IMG/VR virus record: IMGVR_UViG_3300032167_000004
Coordinates: 32,001 to 96,000 of that record
DNA from: a virus
Taxonomy: Duplodnaviria; Caudoviricetes
Strand: one strand, 5' to 3'
DNA: 64,000 nt
Shown here in pieces: positions 1-11,385 of the stretch. Numbering within the stretch: the first letter of the stretch is position 1; every line of letters starts with the position of its first letter. The notes under the pieces were generated by a model. The model saw only the letters and a program-made list of their open reading frames with translations, had not been told where the DNA came from and did no database searches. The position numbers and the translations under genes were made by a program.

Positions 1-415
1 CACTAATATTTGAAGAATTAACAACACCATAATTTAAATTATTATTATTTGATACTACACCATTTGTAAGAGAACTACTTCCAGTCGTAGTACCAAATGT
101 TCCACCTCCACCACCATGAGTTGTTCTACCTAATTCTACAACTTGATCAGGTCTAGGATATTCTAAAAATTGACTACTTAAAAATACATAAACAGTTTTA
201 CCATTAGAAGTAATGCCTGGATAAGAATCTGGATCAATTAATTTAAAATAATTATTAACACCACCATCGGTACTTTCTACATAAAAAATTCCACCGGGAC
301 AGTTTTTCTTAAGTAAATATCCTGCAGATGTATATGAATTACTAGTACCATATCTAGTACGAACACCTGTATTTGGACCATTAATTGAATTAAATTTACA
401 TGCAACTCGACCCAT
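1..415 (-). CDS. Hypothetical (probably virion) protein, 3'-truncated by the window edge
   Basis: ATG at 415 with GAAGGTGA SD and an AACA-N6-TA motif at 449-460; open frame MGRVACKFNSINGPNTG... to the window edge. Confidence 0.7.
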   Translation of the reverse strand, partial: MGRVACKFNSINGPNTGVRTRYGTSNSYTSAGYLLKKNCPGGIFYVESTDGGVNNYFKLIDPDSYPGITSNGKTVYVFLSSQFLEYPRPDQVVELGRTTHGGGGGTFGTTTGSSSLTNGVVSNNNNLNYGVVNSSNIS

Positions 416-480
416 AGTAAATCACCTTCTTACTTGAATTTCATTTATTACAGGATTGTTTTTTATATTATTCATACTTA

Positions 481-519
481 AAAAATAAGAGATATAGGGA
501 TTATTCCCTATATCTCTTA
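481..519 (-). terminator. Intrinsic terminator of the 3215-aa gene
   Basis: Hairpin TAAGAGATATAGGGA-ttat-TCCCTATATCTCTTA with an adjacent A-run (U-tract on minus). Confidence 0.8.
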
Positions 520-529
520 ATATATTTAA

Positions 530-3500
530 TTAACCACCAGAACCAGAAGCAATTAATTTAGCAGTTTTATATTCTTTACTAGATATACTATTTCTTCTAT
601 TGCTTGCGATATCAAACATCGGAGAATTAGATTCTTTCTTAGTATCACCAATAACTGCTACATTATTTTTTGCTTCAGCTTTTTCAAATTCAATCTTTTT
701 AATGTCTTCAAGTTTAGAATTTGTATTATCTGTATTATCAACGATAGACATAATACCGTCAGCAATCTTCTTTAAGTATTCAATAACACTATTAAGAGTT
801 GTATTACTAGAGACATCACTGCCAGAAGTTAATATATTACTAATGGAACGTTTAAAATTGGAAGTTGAAGTATTAAATTTATTATAACTATTAAAATATG
901 GTGTAGCAGTGATTTCATCATTAGAACCACCAATACCACCACCGATAGAAGACCAATATGCTGAAGTATCTTTACTACCATTATTATTAGCATTAGTAGT
1001 TTTAGATGTATTAGTGGTGGAACTCCAATATGCAGATGTATCTTTACTTGCACTAGTAGATGTTGAAGCGGTAGAACTATTTTTATATAGATCATAATAT
1101 CCCTTAGCATATCCCAATCTCTGATTAACAAGGTTAGGATATTTTTCAACATCAGGTGCTAAGAAATAAATCATCTTATCATTAGCTTCTTTAACAGTTG
1201 TATAGTTCTTTAATAAATTAAAAGTACCATAATCAACAAGCTCATTGTATAGATGATTCATCTGAGTAGTTAAATCATCAATACTTTTATTATTAGATCT
1301 TGCTAAATTTAATAAAGCCTTTTTTCTAGTATGATATGTCCATTGAGCTAAACCATAGCCTGCACTATCATTAATAAATTTACTATCACCATATGTACCA
1401 TTATTAACAGCATTAGTATATTCTGCATCAGATAAACCAAATTTAGTATTAAATTGATCTTCTAGATTATTAGTCCTTAATGCAGATTCAGCATTTAAAT
1501 TACCAAGAATACCAGCAATACTTACATCAGGTAAACCTTTAGCTTTAAAGAAGTTATATATTGCAGATGCAACAGGACTCTTTGACATAGTAGTTGCGGG
1601 AATAGTATCTGGAACATTTGATGATGGAGTGTCTGTATAAGGAATGTCATTTGAATTATCATTATTTTCAGGTATATCTAAAATTGATCCGTTATCAGTA
1701 TACTCATCATTATCAATCCCCAATAATTTATATAATTCATTAGATATCGATGTCGTAAACTTAGAGAATGGTGAGATTAAAGTATTAAGTAATTCACTAA
1801 ACTTGGTTGTTAGGCCATATAATCCTTTAGGCTTTGATGTAGTGGTTATTGAACCGGGTATATTAGTATCATCAACTGAACCATTTTGTTCCGGAGAAGA
1901 TATAATATCTTCTATAACTGTACCAACATAATTTTTTAAATATGTGTAAGGATCAGTATGATATGTACCAGATGTGCCACCCTTACGAACTTCGTAATGT
2001 AAATGTGCACCAGTACTACTACCAGTATGACCTTCAATACCTAATTGATCACCTCTATTAACTCTGTCACCTTCAGAAACATTAACACCATTCATATGTG
2101 CATAATGGTGATATACACCAGCACTATCTTTGACTCTTACCCAGTTACCAAATCCTTGACCATCGGTACTACCATAATAACCACTATTAGGAGCATACCC
2201 TGATACAACTTTATCAACAGTACCATCAGTAAAACTATATACCGGGGAATTTACACCTTTATAAAGATCAACACCTCGATGAAAACCAGTTTTACCTTCA
2301 ATTGTACGATATTGACCATATCGACTACTTACAGAATAAGAATTAAGCATATCATATTCTTCAGCACCACCAATACCAGGACCCACAGAACCTCCAAGTC
2401 CTCCACCAACGGAAGACCAATATGCAGAAGTATCTTTAGATGTATTACTAGTTGAGGTTGTAGAGCTTAAGGTTAATGAATTTGTTTTATTACTATTTGC
2501 TTTGTTTGAAACTTTTTCAAGAGTTTCATCTAAGAAGAATAATGGGCTTAATAGAGTTCTACCAATTTGGAATATAACTTTCTTAAAAGTATTGGCAATA
2601 CCAGTACCGGAAGGTTTACCATTTGTCCAATAATTATATTTTGTTAAACTGGATATATTGGTAACTTTATCAATAAATAATGGTATGTCGTTAGTACCTT
2701 TTAACATATCATTTATTTTTTCATATACAAGTTTAGCAGTTTTAACTGGTGCATAAATAGGTATTGCTAACATTTTTGCGCCGTGGAAAATACTTTCTTT
2801 TACAGAACCTAGCTCATCACTACTATTAACTTTAGTACTAGTTATATTAATATCATTTTTTAATAATTTATCAGTAGATGGTACTACAGTAGTTTTAATA
2901 TAATTTTGTAAATTTTTTATGACATCTTTATATGATTTAAAAGATGATAACAATGGTGACATAATATCATTTTCTTTAGTTGTATCTGATTTATTATTAA
3001 GATTAACATTAGTGTCTAACTCTTCAATTGATCCGCCAACACCTCCAACAGGTATTGTTTTATTTCCTACAGTAGACCAATATGCAGAAGTTTCTTTAGA
3101 TGTATTAGTCACTTTAGTTGGACTAGTAATATTGGATGTATTAACATAATTAACAATAGGAGTAGATTTAGTAGATTTAGTAGTTTTAGTATTATTTTTG
3201 AATAAACCATTTTTGGTTTCATATTTCTTTAAAGCATCTTCAAGATCTTTCTTGGTAGTTTTATAGAGTTCACTATTTTTATCAACAGCACCCTCTTTAA
3301 CTAATTCCTCTAATTGTTCTAATTGAGTTTTAGTTTTTTTATATTCATCATCATTACCAATTTGACCGACAAAGAATTTCTTAGTACTATCCAAAGCAGA
3401 ACCAAGTCCACCAAAAATCTTACTAAGTACAGTTTCATTAGTTCTATCATTATAAGAATCTTTAGATTCTTTAATTTTAGATTCATCATTGATAATAATT

Positions 3501-6500
3501 TCAGTTTTACCATCAGTACCGATCATTAACTCAGCATTACCTTTAAGATATTCCTGAGTTTTAATATATTCAGCATATTCAGTATCAAAACTCTGTTGAG
3601 CTTTTAATAACGTACTAGCTTTATCTGCATCAGCACCACTAAGTAGTGTGTATAATAAGGTTGCTAACATTTTAACAATATCAGGACCACCTAATGCTAC
3701 AGATATATCAGATCCTAACTGAATAGCCCATCCCCAGCCAAGATTTAATATACCTTTAAGTATAGAAGATGCAGCTCTCATAGTGGGGTTTACATCTTTT
3801 TGTGAGACATTGAACAGATTTGCAGTTTCAGTTGCAGTGAAACCACTTACAACACCATATCCACCTAAAACTAAATCTAATGTATGTCCTGAAGTAATAA
3901 CTGCTGCAGCTTTACCAAAACCTTTAGCTATATCATCTACCCAATTAAGAAGTTTAGATGGAGTTTTTACTATCGTTTTAAATGCTTTACCGATAGTATT
4001 CACAACAGTATTACTTGCAATTTTTGGGAATTTCTTCTTTAAAGCATTAGCAATTGCTTCCACAGCTTCATCTAAGAAATTAGCAAATCGTTTAATAATA
4101 CTTAAATTATCATCATTTGCTAAATATTTAGCTTTATAGTCGGTAGCATCATTACCTTTACCTGTTAAAGTTTTTATAACACCTTTAACTGACCTGTCCT
4201 CAAAATTACCAGCTTTACCTGTAATTAAACTACCAACAGCTTTTGTTGTACCTATTATAGACTTAGTAGAATTAATAGCAGTTTTACCAGCATTTATAGC
4301 ACTGGCACCAATACGTATACCACCAACAGTAGCAGCTTCAACAGCATCACTATTTACTTGAATATCACTAGTGGCATCAGTTCTATCACCATTAGTATCT
4401 TGAAGACCTAATATTTCTTTGGCTTTATTTACTATTATAGAACCTGTGCTTTCTCCTTCTTTAGGTTCATAATCTGCACCATGTTCATTATTGGAAGTAC
4501 CACCACCAAATAATGATGCAAATAAATCTTTAACAGATTGAGGAAGTTTCTTAATAAAGTTCATTAATAGAGGAATTAACAATAATAAACCACCAGTAAT
4601 TAAACCTTTTTTACTAAAAATAGAAGACCATACAGAACTGTGTTCTTTTCTGTCTTCATTACCAATCTGTAATAAATTCCTCATTTTATCTAATATACTT
4701 AATTGGTTCTTTTTATCTTCTTCCTCTTTACGCTGTTTTTTATCTTCAGCTTCAGTTTCACCAGTAGTATGGTAATCTAATACAGTACGTTTAAATTCAC
4801 CATTCTTAGTTCCACCATAAGGAATTAAAGTATTATTTTCATCTGATGAAGCAGTATTATTAGAAGTACCGTGTAACATATCACTCATAGAAGGTTGATC
4901 GTCTTCACGTTGTTCTTTATCTTCAGCTTCGCTTTCACCAGTAGTATTATATTTATTGAATTTATTTTTAAACCATTTACCTACAGAACGTGTCCAACTT
5001 TTTCCTTTTAATCTTTCACGTTCAGCTTTTCTTTTTTCTTTTTTAGATTGCTTCTTATTAGGATCATTATTATCAGAACCTTCAGGATCATTTGTAGTTC
5101 CATCAGGATTAATATTTACAGTAGCAGATTCATTATTAGATTTATCACTATCTGTAGAAGTATTATTATTGTTAGTTTTTTCAGGATCGTCAACTTTTAC
5201 ACCTCCACCTTTACCTCTTAAAATATCGAGAATATCATGGAGGAAATCACTAATATTGAAAATGGTTTTATTAACTGCTTTAGTTTCTTTAAATTGGTCT
5301 TTATCCTTGGCAGACATATTTTTATAATCTCTACCATACTTACGTTTCAGATCCTTATCGATTAATTTATCAACATCAATATCAGAATCAGAACCATCAG
5401 TATTATAACCAAAAGCTTTCGCTCTTTCTCTACGACCATCTAAATCATCACGTAATTTTTTAATTCTTTCTTGGTGTTCTTTACGCTTAGCTTCTCTTTC
5501 AGCTTTACGTTGTTCTCTAGCTGCAACTCTATCATCCTGATAAGCAGCACCATCATTACTATGCTTTGCGGCAGATCTTAAAGAACTAAAAGGATTAGCT
5601 AAACTGACTAAATCACCAACAGACTGTAAAAATCCACGATTTTTACCATCTTCACCCATAATATTATTCAGTCTATCAGTATCACGAATACCGTCTGCTT
5701 TATCAGATAAACCTTTAAAGCCTTTAGTTATTAAACCGATACCTTTAAAAGGTAAAGTTACAGCACCAAGTATACCTTTACCAAGTAATTTTATTCCTGA
5801 CCAGATTCCACCAAATAATTTTTTAATTTTATCTTTAGCAAAATCTGTAATATCCATAATAGAACCTCTGAAAGGTTCAATAACTTTATCATTTATAGTC
5901 TGTACAAATTTAGAAGATTTGATATTATCAATAATTTGCTCTCTAACTTTCTCAATACCTTCACGCATATGTTTAGGCATGATGATTTTATCAGCAATAA
6001 AATGAATTAACTTAACTGGAGAAGACAAGACAAATCCAGTAAATTTAGTAATGGTATTAAATGCAGCTTTACCAACATCTCCTACTAAACTAACAACTTT
6101 ATTAAATCCACTCTTAACTCCATCGGCAATATCTTCAAATAAATCTGTAATATGTAATTTATCTAAAACATCTTTTGCAAAACCGACAATTCTATCCTTT
6201 AATCTTTTGATTTCTTCTTTTAAAGGTTCCACAGAATCAATAAAAGGTTCTGCAATATGTTCAGCAAACCAATCCTGTACATTATAAGACCATTCCATAA
6301 CCTGAATCTTAGCAGGTTCTAAAATATTTAATGTAACAGCATTCATCATTTTAGTCAGAATACTCTGTTCTTTTCGATTACCATCCTTATCGAATGATCC
6401 GAAAATAGTATCTGACCATTTACTTGCAGCCATAGTAATACCTGCAGCTGCACCTAATAATGCACCTGATAAAGGACCAAATGCAATACTACCTAATATA

Positions 6501-9500
6501 CCAAAAGAACTTAAAGTACCACCTAAAATAGCACCTAAACCAGCACCAGCAGCACCAAATCCTAATTTCTTTTTAATACTATCATTATTTAATTTACCAG
6601 TAACTTTATTTACTAATCCATCAGTGTGAGTACCGTCACCATTATCTTTACCAAAAATCATATTTTGGAAAGCTTCAGATCTAGTAAGTAAAGATGTACC
6701 TAATCCAAATAAAGCACCAGTAAGAGGACCACCTAAAATGAAAGAAGGTAAAATACCAATACCGGTAATTCCCTTTAACATTCCTAAAGCGGCACCACCA
6801 ATCATGGCACCTTTATGTTTCTTGAAGAATTCCTGTGTAGATTTACTAATAAATCCACCGAGTCTTTCTCCAGTTTTTTCATCAGTCTTACCGAATAACC
6901 AATCTTTAAATTTATCAGACTGAGATAAGAATCCTGTAGCAGTACCGATAACAACACCAGACATAGGTCCTAAAAATAAAGAACCTAAAATACCGAATCC
7001 ACCAGCACCAGCTAATAATCCAATACCACCACCAACAATACCACCAGCTATTGCTTTAGGTGATTTTTCTTTTATTTCTCCAATTAAAGTATCTACAGTT
7101 TTATTAGAAACGACAGCATTCTTTTCTTTATCAAAATGCTGACCAAATAATAAATCAGTAAATCCTTGTAAACCTTCTTTAAAGTATTTACCTACATCAG
7201 ATAATAATCCCTTAGCATCTTCTTTGGTCTTTTCAGTATCAGAACCAAATAACCATTCTTTGAGATTTAATTTAAAATCATCAAAGAAATTACCTACTTC
7301 ACCGAAAACACCAGCGACACGTCTACCAGCTTTAACATTCTTATCCCATTTACCATTTTTATTACGTCTTTCAAGTTGTCTAATAATACTAGGATCAGTA
7401 ATAACTTCATCAGTCTTATTATCAATATAATAACCAGTAGCTTCATTATATCTAAAGTCAGATAATTTAGTTCCTCTAAAATAAGTAGTAGTTTTATTAT
7501 ACATATCCGAGAATCTACCACCAGAACGAGTGCCATCTTCTCCAACTTTACCAAATAATTTATCACGTGTAGTCTTAGCACCTTGGATAATCTTTTTATA
7601 CATTTCAGATTGCTTAAATTTGGTAATAATACCATCCTTACCAATGAAAGCTTCTTTAATGGGATTATAGATTTTTTCAACTAAGAAAGAATTAAATTTA
7701 TTAAAAATACCGCCAATGGAATTGCCTTCTACATCTTTTTCACCAAATAACCAAATTTTAAAGTTATTTGTCATAGCTGATAATAAACCTTTTTTAGTAT
7801 TATTCTCATATCCAACAGAATTTGTACCAAAAATAAGTTTATACATAGATTCATCTACAGCTGTAAATGCATTTTTAAGACTTGTTTTCCATCCACCAAC
7901 AGTATCTTCAACAACCTGTTGTTTTTCTTCATTAGTACCAAAAATATATTTAATTAACTTACTAAGATGACTAGGTTTTTTCTGATCTGTAGTAAGATTA
8001 CCTTCACGTTTATTTACATAGTTACGGATGATTTCAACTTGCTCTTCAGTTTCACCTGTAATATTATGGACATCTTTAAAGTTCTTTATACCTTGTTCTT
8101 CTCGTTTAGTTATTTCTTCAGGTGTTAAATTTGTAATAGTTCTTGGATTATAACCATCATATTTAGAAATAGTAGCATTATTTTCATTTTCATATTTTTC
8201 TAAACCAGCTAATCTTCCTTCAATAGGATCTACAAACCATACACCAATACCTTGTATTAATGCTTTATAAATATCACGTAAATAGTTAAGGCTATTTTTA
8301 CCAAATTCATCAGTAGGAGTAAAAATAGATCCAACCATTTTTGATTCATTAGATCCTTGATTAGGATATATTTTTGTAGCTTTAAGTAATGGATTATTAC
8401 TTAAATAATCAGCATCATTATCATATAACCCATTAACTTGAGCCATACCGACCATATTACCAGTTTTTTCATAATTCTCTAATAACTTAGTAACATTTCG
8501 TCTGGCATTAATATGTCCTGCACCAGCTAAATTTTCTATTTGAGAACGGTCTAATGATAAAATTAAAGAACGTATGACATTTAATTCATTAGGTGAAACT
8601 TTATCACCTAAAATTTCTTCCAAATCATCATTAGTACCTATTTTATGAGGATTAAAAGATTTTTTCCGTTTAGATAATGCTACTAATAAATCATCAATGT
8701 GTTCTTTTACTTTATCTTCTTCATCAGTTTCTAATCCATATGCCTTAACTCTACTTTTTAATTCATCAGCAGCGTCAAATGATGATACAGCAGCACGTTT
8801 AACTTGCTTATTATATTCATTCTTAAGTTGTGATTTGGATATAAATTTACCCTGGTCACTATCAAAAAGTAATTCATCTTTACCAGTTAAAGCTGATAAA
8901 ATCTTACTCAAATATCCTGGAATTACTTCTACAATAGATTTTCTAGTAATTCCATCAAAAGGAACTACTCCCTTTTCATACATTGCAGGATTTATTTCAG
9001 TTTTACCAACATTTTTAATACCTAAAACACTACCAATGAATCCTTTAAAGGCAGACATTAAATCATCACTAGCTTCATCTGCCCATGACCCCATCTTATT
9101 TAATAACGCAGGTATGAATGCTTTAAAAGATTCATCAAAACCTTTAAATGTTTTTGTTAAGAAATCAGGAACCATTTTGGTTAATATCATTTGAGGAATA
9201 AATGTTAAAGGAGATTGTGCCAATGCTTTTATACCATCACTTTCAAGCATAGACATAATAGATCCTAATAACATATCTTCATCAATTGCATTTCTAAACT
9301 GTCGTTTAACAACATTTTTATATCCTGAAAGATTTAAAGCACCATTATAGGTAGTGATTTCCTCTAACGGATGAACATTTTCAGGTTCACTAGGTCTTTC
9401 AACTGCACCACTAATTATTTTAAGAGTATTAGATATATCTGCCATATATTTAATACTTTCTTCATAATATTTTAAAGATGCACCAATATATCCACCAACA

Positions 9501-10177
9501 TGCTCATTGTTAAAAGTAATAAGATTAGTTAAATTTGTATTTACAGTTTCTATACCACCGTATAAAACTCCTGTAAGATCTTTATCTAATTTCATTTGTG
9601 TTTCAGCAATAGTAATTTGTCTCTTAACTGAAGCATTTTCAGCATCAATTAATAACTTACTCTGTTGCTGAACAGCTTTAACCATAGGATTATCTTTATT
9701 AATATTACTAGTAATATTAACATTAGGAACAACAACTTTTACAGAATTATCTTCAAAATTAGAATCGTCTAAATCTGATGATACATCAAAGTCATCACCA
9801 AAATCGAAGTCAAAATCATCAAGACCGAACTCATCTGCAGTATGTTGAATACGTTCTTTATTATAAAACTGACCACTTTTTAAGTCAGTTACTGCATTTC
9901 TCAGATATTCTTCAGCATCATTCCAGTTATCCAATGCTTTACCTTGAAGATGTTGTTTAATATTAAACTTACCATTATTTTTACTTCTACTAGTTCTTAA
10001 AGTATTTGCAATATCAACTACAAATTCTTTATTAATATCAATAGTTTCTGTAATTGCTGGCATAGTTTCTTTTAATAAATCTAATCCAGCATATCCTAAA
10101 GATTTAGCAGCATTCTTAAACCATGCTCCATTATTTGTAGTATATTGTCCTTTTTTATTTCTAGGTCTATCAGCCAT
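530..10177 (-). CDS. Tape-measure-like virion protein with C-terminal M23 peptidase and phage tail lysozyme domains
   Basis: 3215 aa; Gly-rich hydrophobic helices mid-protein; M23 motifs HRGVD...HYAH...HLHYE; lysozyme motifs AGILGNLNAES and GYGLAQWT; AAGGAGG SD; late promoter motif at 10243-10254. Confidence 0.8.
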   Translation of the reverse strand: MADRPRNKKGQYTTNNGAWFKNAAKSLGYAGLDLLKETMPAITETIDINKEFVVDIANTLRTSRSKNNGKFNIKQHLQGKALDNWNDAEEYLRNAVTDLKSGQFYNKERIQHTADEFGLDDFDFDFGDDFDVSSDLDDSNFEDNSVKVVVPNVNITSNINKDNPMVKAVQQQSKLLIDAENASVKRQITIAETQMKLDKDLTGVLYGGIETVNTNLTNLITFNNEHVGGYIGASLKYYEESIKYMADISNTLKIISGAVERPSEPENVHPLEEITTYNGALNLSGYKNVVKRQFRNAIDEDMLLGSIMSMLESDGIKALAQSPLTFIPQMILTKMVPDFLTKTFKGFDESFKAFIPALLNKMGSWADEASDDLMSAFKGFIGSVLGIKNVGKTEINPAMYEKGVVPFDGITRKSIVEVIPGYLSKILSALTGKDELLFDSDQGKFISKSQLKNEYNKQVKRAAVSSFDAADELKSRVKAYGLETDEEDKVKEHIDDLLVALSKRKKSFNPHKIGTNDDLEEILGDKVSPNELNVIRSLILSLDRSQIENLAGAGHINARRNVTKLLENYEKTGNMVGMAQVNGLYDNDADYLSNNPLLKATKIYPNQGSNESKMVGSIFTPTDEFGKNSLNYLRDIYKALIQGIGVWFVDPIEGRLAGLEKYENENNATISKYDGYNPRTITNLTPEEITKREEQGIKNFKDVHNITGETEEQVEIIRNYVNKREGNLTTDQKKPSHLSKLIKYIFGTNEEKQQVVEDTVGGWKTSLKNAFTAVDESMYKLIFGTNSVGYENNTKKGLLSAMTNNFKIWLFGEKDVEGNSIGGIFNKFNSFLVEKIYNPIKEAFIGKDGIITKFKQSEMYKKIIQGAKTTRDKLFGKVGEDGTRSGGRFSDMYNKTTTYFRGTKLSDFRYNEATGYYIDNKTDEVITDPSIIRQLERRNKNGKWDKNVKAGRRVAGVFGEVGNFFDDFKLNLKEWLFGSDTEKTKEDAKGLLSDVGKYFKEGLQGFTDLLFGQHFDKEKNAVVSNKTVDTLIGEIKEKSPKAIAGGIVGGGIGLLAGAGGFGILGSLFLGPMSGVVIGTATGFLSQSDKFKDWLFGKTDEKTGERLGGFISKSTQEFFKKHKGAMIGGAALGMLKGITGIGILPSFILGGPLTGALFGLGTSLLTRSEAFQNMIFGKDNGDGTHTDGLVNKVTGKLNNDSIKKKLGFGAAGAGLGAILGGTLSSFGILGSIAFGPLSGALLGAAAGITMAASKWSDTIFGSFDKDGNRKEQSILTKMMNAVTLNILEPAKIQVMEWSYNVQDWFAEHIAEPFIDSVEPLKEEIKRLKDRIVGFAKDVLDKLHITDLFEDIADGVKSGFNKVVSLVGDVGKAAFNTITKFTGFVLSSPVKLIHFIADKIIMPKHMREGIEKVREQIIDNIKSSKFVQTINDKVIEPFRGSIMDITDFAKDKIKKLFGGIWSGIKLLGKGILGAVTLPFKGIGLITKGFKGLSDKADGIRDTDRLNNIMGEDGKNRGFLQSVGDLVSLANPFSSLRSAAKHSNDGAAYQDDRVAAREQRKAEREAKRKEHQERIKKLRDDLDGRRERAKAFGYNTDGSDSDIDVDKLIDKDLKRKYGRDYKNMSAKDKDQFKETKAVNKTIFNISDFLHDILDILRGKGGGVKVDDPEKTNNNNTSTDSDKSNNESATVNINPDGTTNDPEGSDNNDPNKKQSKKEKRKAERERLKGKSWTRSVGKWFKNKFNKYNTTGESEAEDKEQREDDQPSMSDMLHGTSNNTASSDENNTLIPYGGTKNGEFKRTVLDYHTTGETEAEDKKQRKEEEDKKNQLSILDKMRNLLQIGNEDRKEHSSVWSSIFSKKGLITGGLLLLIPLLMNFIKKLPQSVKDLFASLFGGGTSNNEHGADYEPKEGESTGSIIVNKAKEILGLQDTNGDRTDATSDIQVNSDAVEAATVGGIRIGASAINAGKTAINSTKSIIGTTKAVGSLITGKAGNFEDRSVKGVIKTLTGKGNDATDYKAKYLANDDNLSIIKRFANFLDEAVEAIANALKKKFPKIASNTVVNTIGKAFKTIVKTPSKLLNWVDDIAKGFGKAAAVITSGHTLDLVLGGYGVVSGFTATETANLFNVSQKDVNPTMRAASSILKGILNLGWGWAIQLGSDISVALGGPDIVKMLATLLYTLLSGADADKASTLLKAQQSFDTEYAEYIKTQEYLKGNAELMIGTDGKTEIIINDESKIKESKDSYNDRTNETVLSKIFGGLGSALDSTKKFFVGQIGNDDEYKKTKTQLEQLEELVKEGAVDKNSELYKTTKKDLEDALKKYETKNGLFKNNTKTTKSTKSTPIVNYVNTSNITSPTKVTNTSKETSAYWSTVGNKTIPVGGVGGSIEELDTNVNLNNKSDTTKENDIMSPLLSSFKSYKDVIKNLQNYIKTTVVPSTDKLLKNDINITSTKVNSSDELGSVKESIFHGAKMLAIPIYAPVKTAKLVYEKINDMLKGTNDIPLFIDKVTNISSLTKYNYWTNGKPSGTGIANTFKKVIFQIGRTLLSPLFFLDETLEKVSNKANSNKTNSLTLSSTTSTSNTSKDTSAYWSSVGGGLGGSVGPGIGGAEEYDMLNSYSVSSRYGQYRTIEGKTGFHRGVDLYKGVNSPVYSFTDGTVDKVVSGYAPNSGYYGSTDGQGFGNWVRVKDSAGVYHHYAHMNGVNVSEGDRVNRGDQLGIEGHTGSSTGAHLHYEVRKGGTSGTYHTDPYTYLKNYVGTVIEDIISSPEQNGSVDDTNIPGSITTTSKPKGLYGLTTKFSELLNTLISPFSKFTTSISNELYKLLGIDNDEYTDNGSILDIPENNDNSNDIPYTDTPSSNVPDTIPATTMSKSPVASAIYNFFKAKGLPDVSIAGILGNLNAESALRTNNLEDQFNTKFGLSDAEYTNAVNNGTYGDSKFINDSAGYGLAQWTYHTRKKALLNLARSNNKSIDDLTTQMNHLYNELVDYGTFNLLKNYTTVKEANDKMIYFLAPDVEKYPNLVNQRLGYAKGYYDLYKNSSTASTSTSASKDTSAYWSSTTNTSKTTNANNNGSKDTSAYWSSIGGGIGGSNDEITATPYFNSYNKFNTSTSNFKRSISNILTSGSDVSSNTTLNSVIEYLKKIADGIMSIVDNTDNTNSKLEDIKKIEFEKAEAKNNVAVIGDTKKESNSPMFDIASNRRNSISSKEYKTAKLIASGSGG

Positions 10178-10242
10178 TATATTATCCTCCTTTCAAAAAG
10201 GATGTAATGGTATGATTAAGATTAATATACCGAATTCATATT

Positions 10243-10254
10243 TAATGTAATGTT
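10243..10254 (-). promoter_or_regulatory. Late promoter motif AACA-N6-TA
   Basis: AACA-TTACAT-TA upstream of the large virion gene; matches the AR9 late-promoter consensus. Confidence 0.6.
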
Positions 10255-10290
10255 TTCACATTAAAAAATACCCGTATAAAGAAAAAAATA

Positions 10291-10333
10291 AAAAAATAAT
10301 CCCAATACTGGAATTCCAGTATTGGGATTTTAT
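10291..10333 (-). terminator. Intrinsic terminator
   Basis: AATCCCAATACTGGAATTCCAGTATTGGGATT palindrome with an adjacent A-run. Confidence 0.8.
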
Positions 10334-10336
10334 TAA

Positions 10337-10888
10337 TTACTTAAACTTCTTCTTCAGCCATGCAGGTGCCTTAGACTTCTTCTCCAGGATCTTATGAGAT
10401 TTAGTCTCGATCTTGAAAGTCTCAGAAGGAGTATTGTCGCCCTTCTTCTTAATAGTACTATAAGTACCAACAGACTTCTCAACATTCTTCACAGAAACAG
10501 AACCCTTGAAATCCTCACGAGTGGGGAAATCAAACTTCTTGTCTGCTTCCATATAACGGTAGATGATTTCAGACATCAGCTCATACCAACCATCTACATT
10601 AGTAAACTTATACTCAGTGACAATCTTCTCAGCATCATGAGAGTCAACACCAAAGTTAACCAGTACACGCTTCAGAGATTCACGGAACATCTTAACAGGC
10701 TGGACAGACTTCTTAACCATCTCACCACCCTTAGTACCGCAATACTCAGTAGTATACTCAGGCTCATTAACCATAGCCTTCAGCAGGGTATCAAAGTCAG
10801 TACGGCTGAAAGTCTTCTTAACCTTACCGCTCTTAGATACAGAAACGTTGCTCTTAATTTCATTAAATACTTCATCAAAAGTTTTCAT
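10337..10888 (-). CDS. Hypothetical basic protein, probably highly expressed (possible DNA-binding protein)
   Basis: 183 aa, Lys-rich; AGAGGAG SD; codon usage (AAG, CTG, TTC) visibly more GC-ending than its neighbours. Confidence 0.8.
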   Translation of the reverse strand: MKTFDEVFNEIKSNVSVSKSGKVKKTFSRTDFDTLLKAMVNEPEYTTEYCGTKGGEMVKKSVQPVKMFRESLKRVLVNFGVDSHDAEKIVTEYKFTNVDGWYELMSEIIYRYMEADKKFDFPTREDFKGSVSVKNVEKSVGTYSTIKKKGDNTPSETFKIETKSHKILEKKSKAPAWLKKKFK

Positions 10889-10930
10889 AGTTGTAATTCT
10901 CCTCTATAAATAAGATTTTTATAATAAATG

Positions 10931-11170
10931 TTATGCGTTAATAATAATCGTATAACATCCATTCTTGTCAATATAACAATCTGAATTATTATTAAGTTCA
11001 GGCTGTGTTTTTGTATTAGTGGTTTCTTCATCATTCGTTGCAAAGATACCATCGATAATTTCTTGTGCTTCTTTATCCTGTTTCTTTGCTAACTTTTTAT
11101 ATGCTTTGTCAATTCGAGCAAATACATAATCGATGACAAAATTATTCGGATCATACTTCTTCGTTTTCAT
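10931..11170 (-). CDS. Hypothetical protein
   Basis: 79 aa; AGGGAG SD; downstream of an early promoter motif at 11362-11375. Confidence 0.7.
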   Translation of the reverse strand: MKTKKYDPNNFVIDYVFARIDKAYKKLAKKQDKEAQEIIDGIFATNDEETTNTKTQPELNNNSDCYIDKNGCYTIIINA

Positions 11171-11385
11171 AAATAAACTCCTTACAGATTAAGATTAACA
11201 TTAACTCTTAATATCAACTCATTTATACAATAGATCTTTTATAATAAAGTTAATACTATAATAACTTTTTACTACAGCATTCCTTTATCAATTCATAATA
11301 TATAAAATCTAATAAGATTCTTCCTTATATAAAATGAATAATCTATTATATCTACTGTATAAATAATATATATTTATTTTTTATT

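Noticed and set aside
947-3100. Diversity-generating retroelement TR/VR pair
   Set aside because: Repeats are only ~30 nt, differ mostly at synonymous positions rather than specifically at adenines, and no reverse transcriptase is in the window.
600-10909. Plus-strand and nested ORFs within the 3215-aa and 183-aa genes
   Set aside because: Antisense or alternate-frame shadows of real genes, with no SD and atypical composition.
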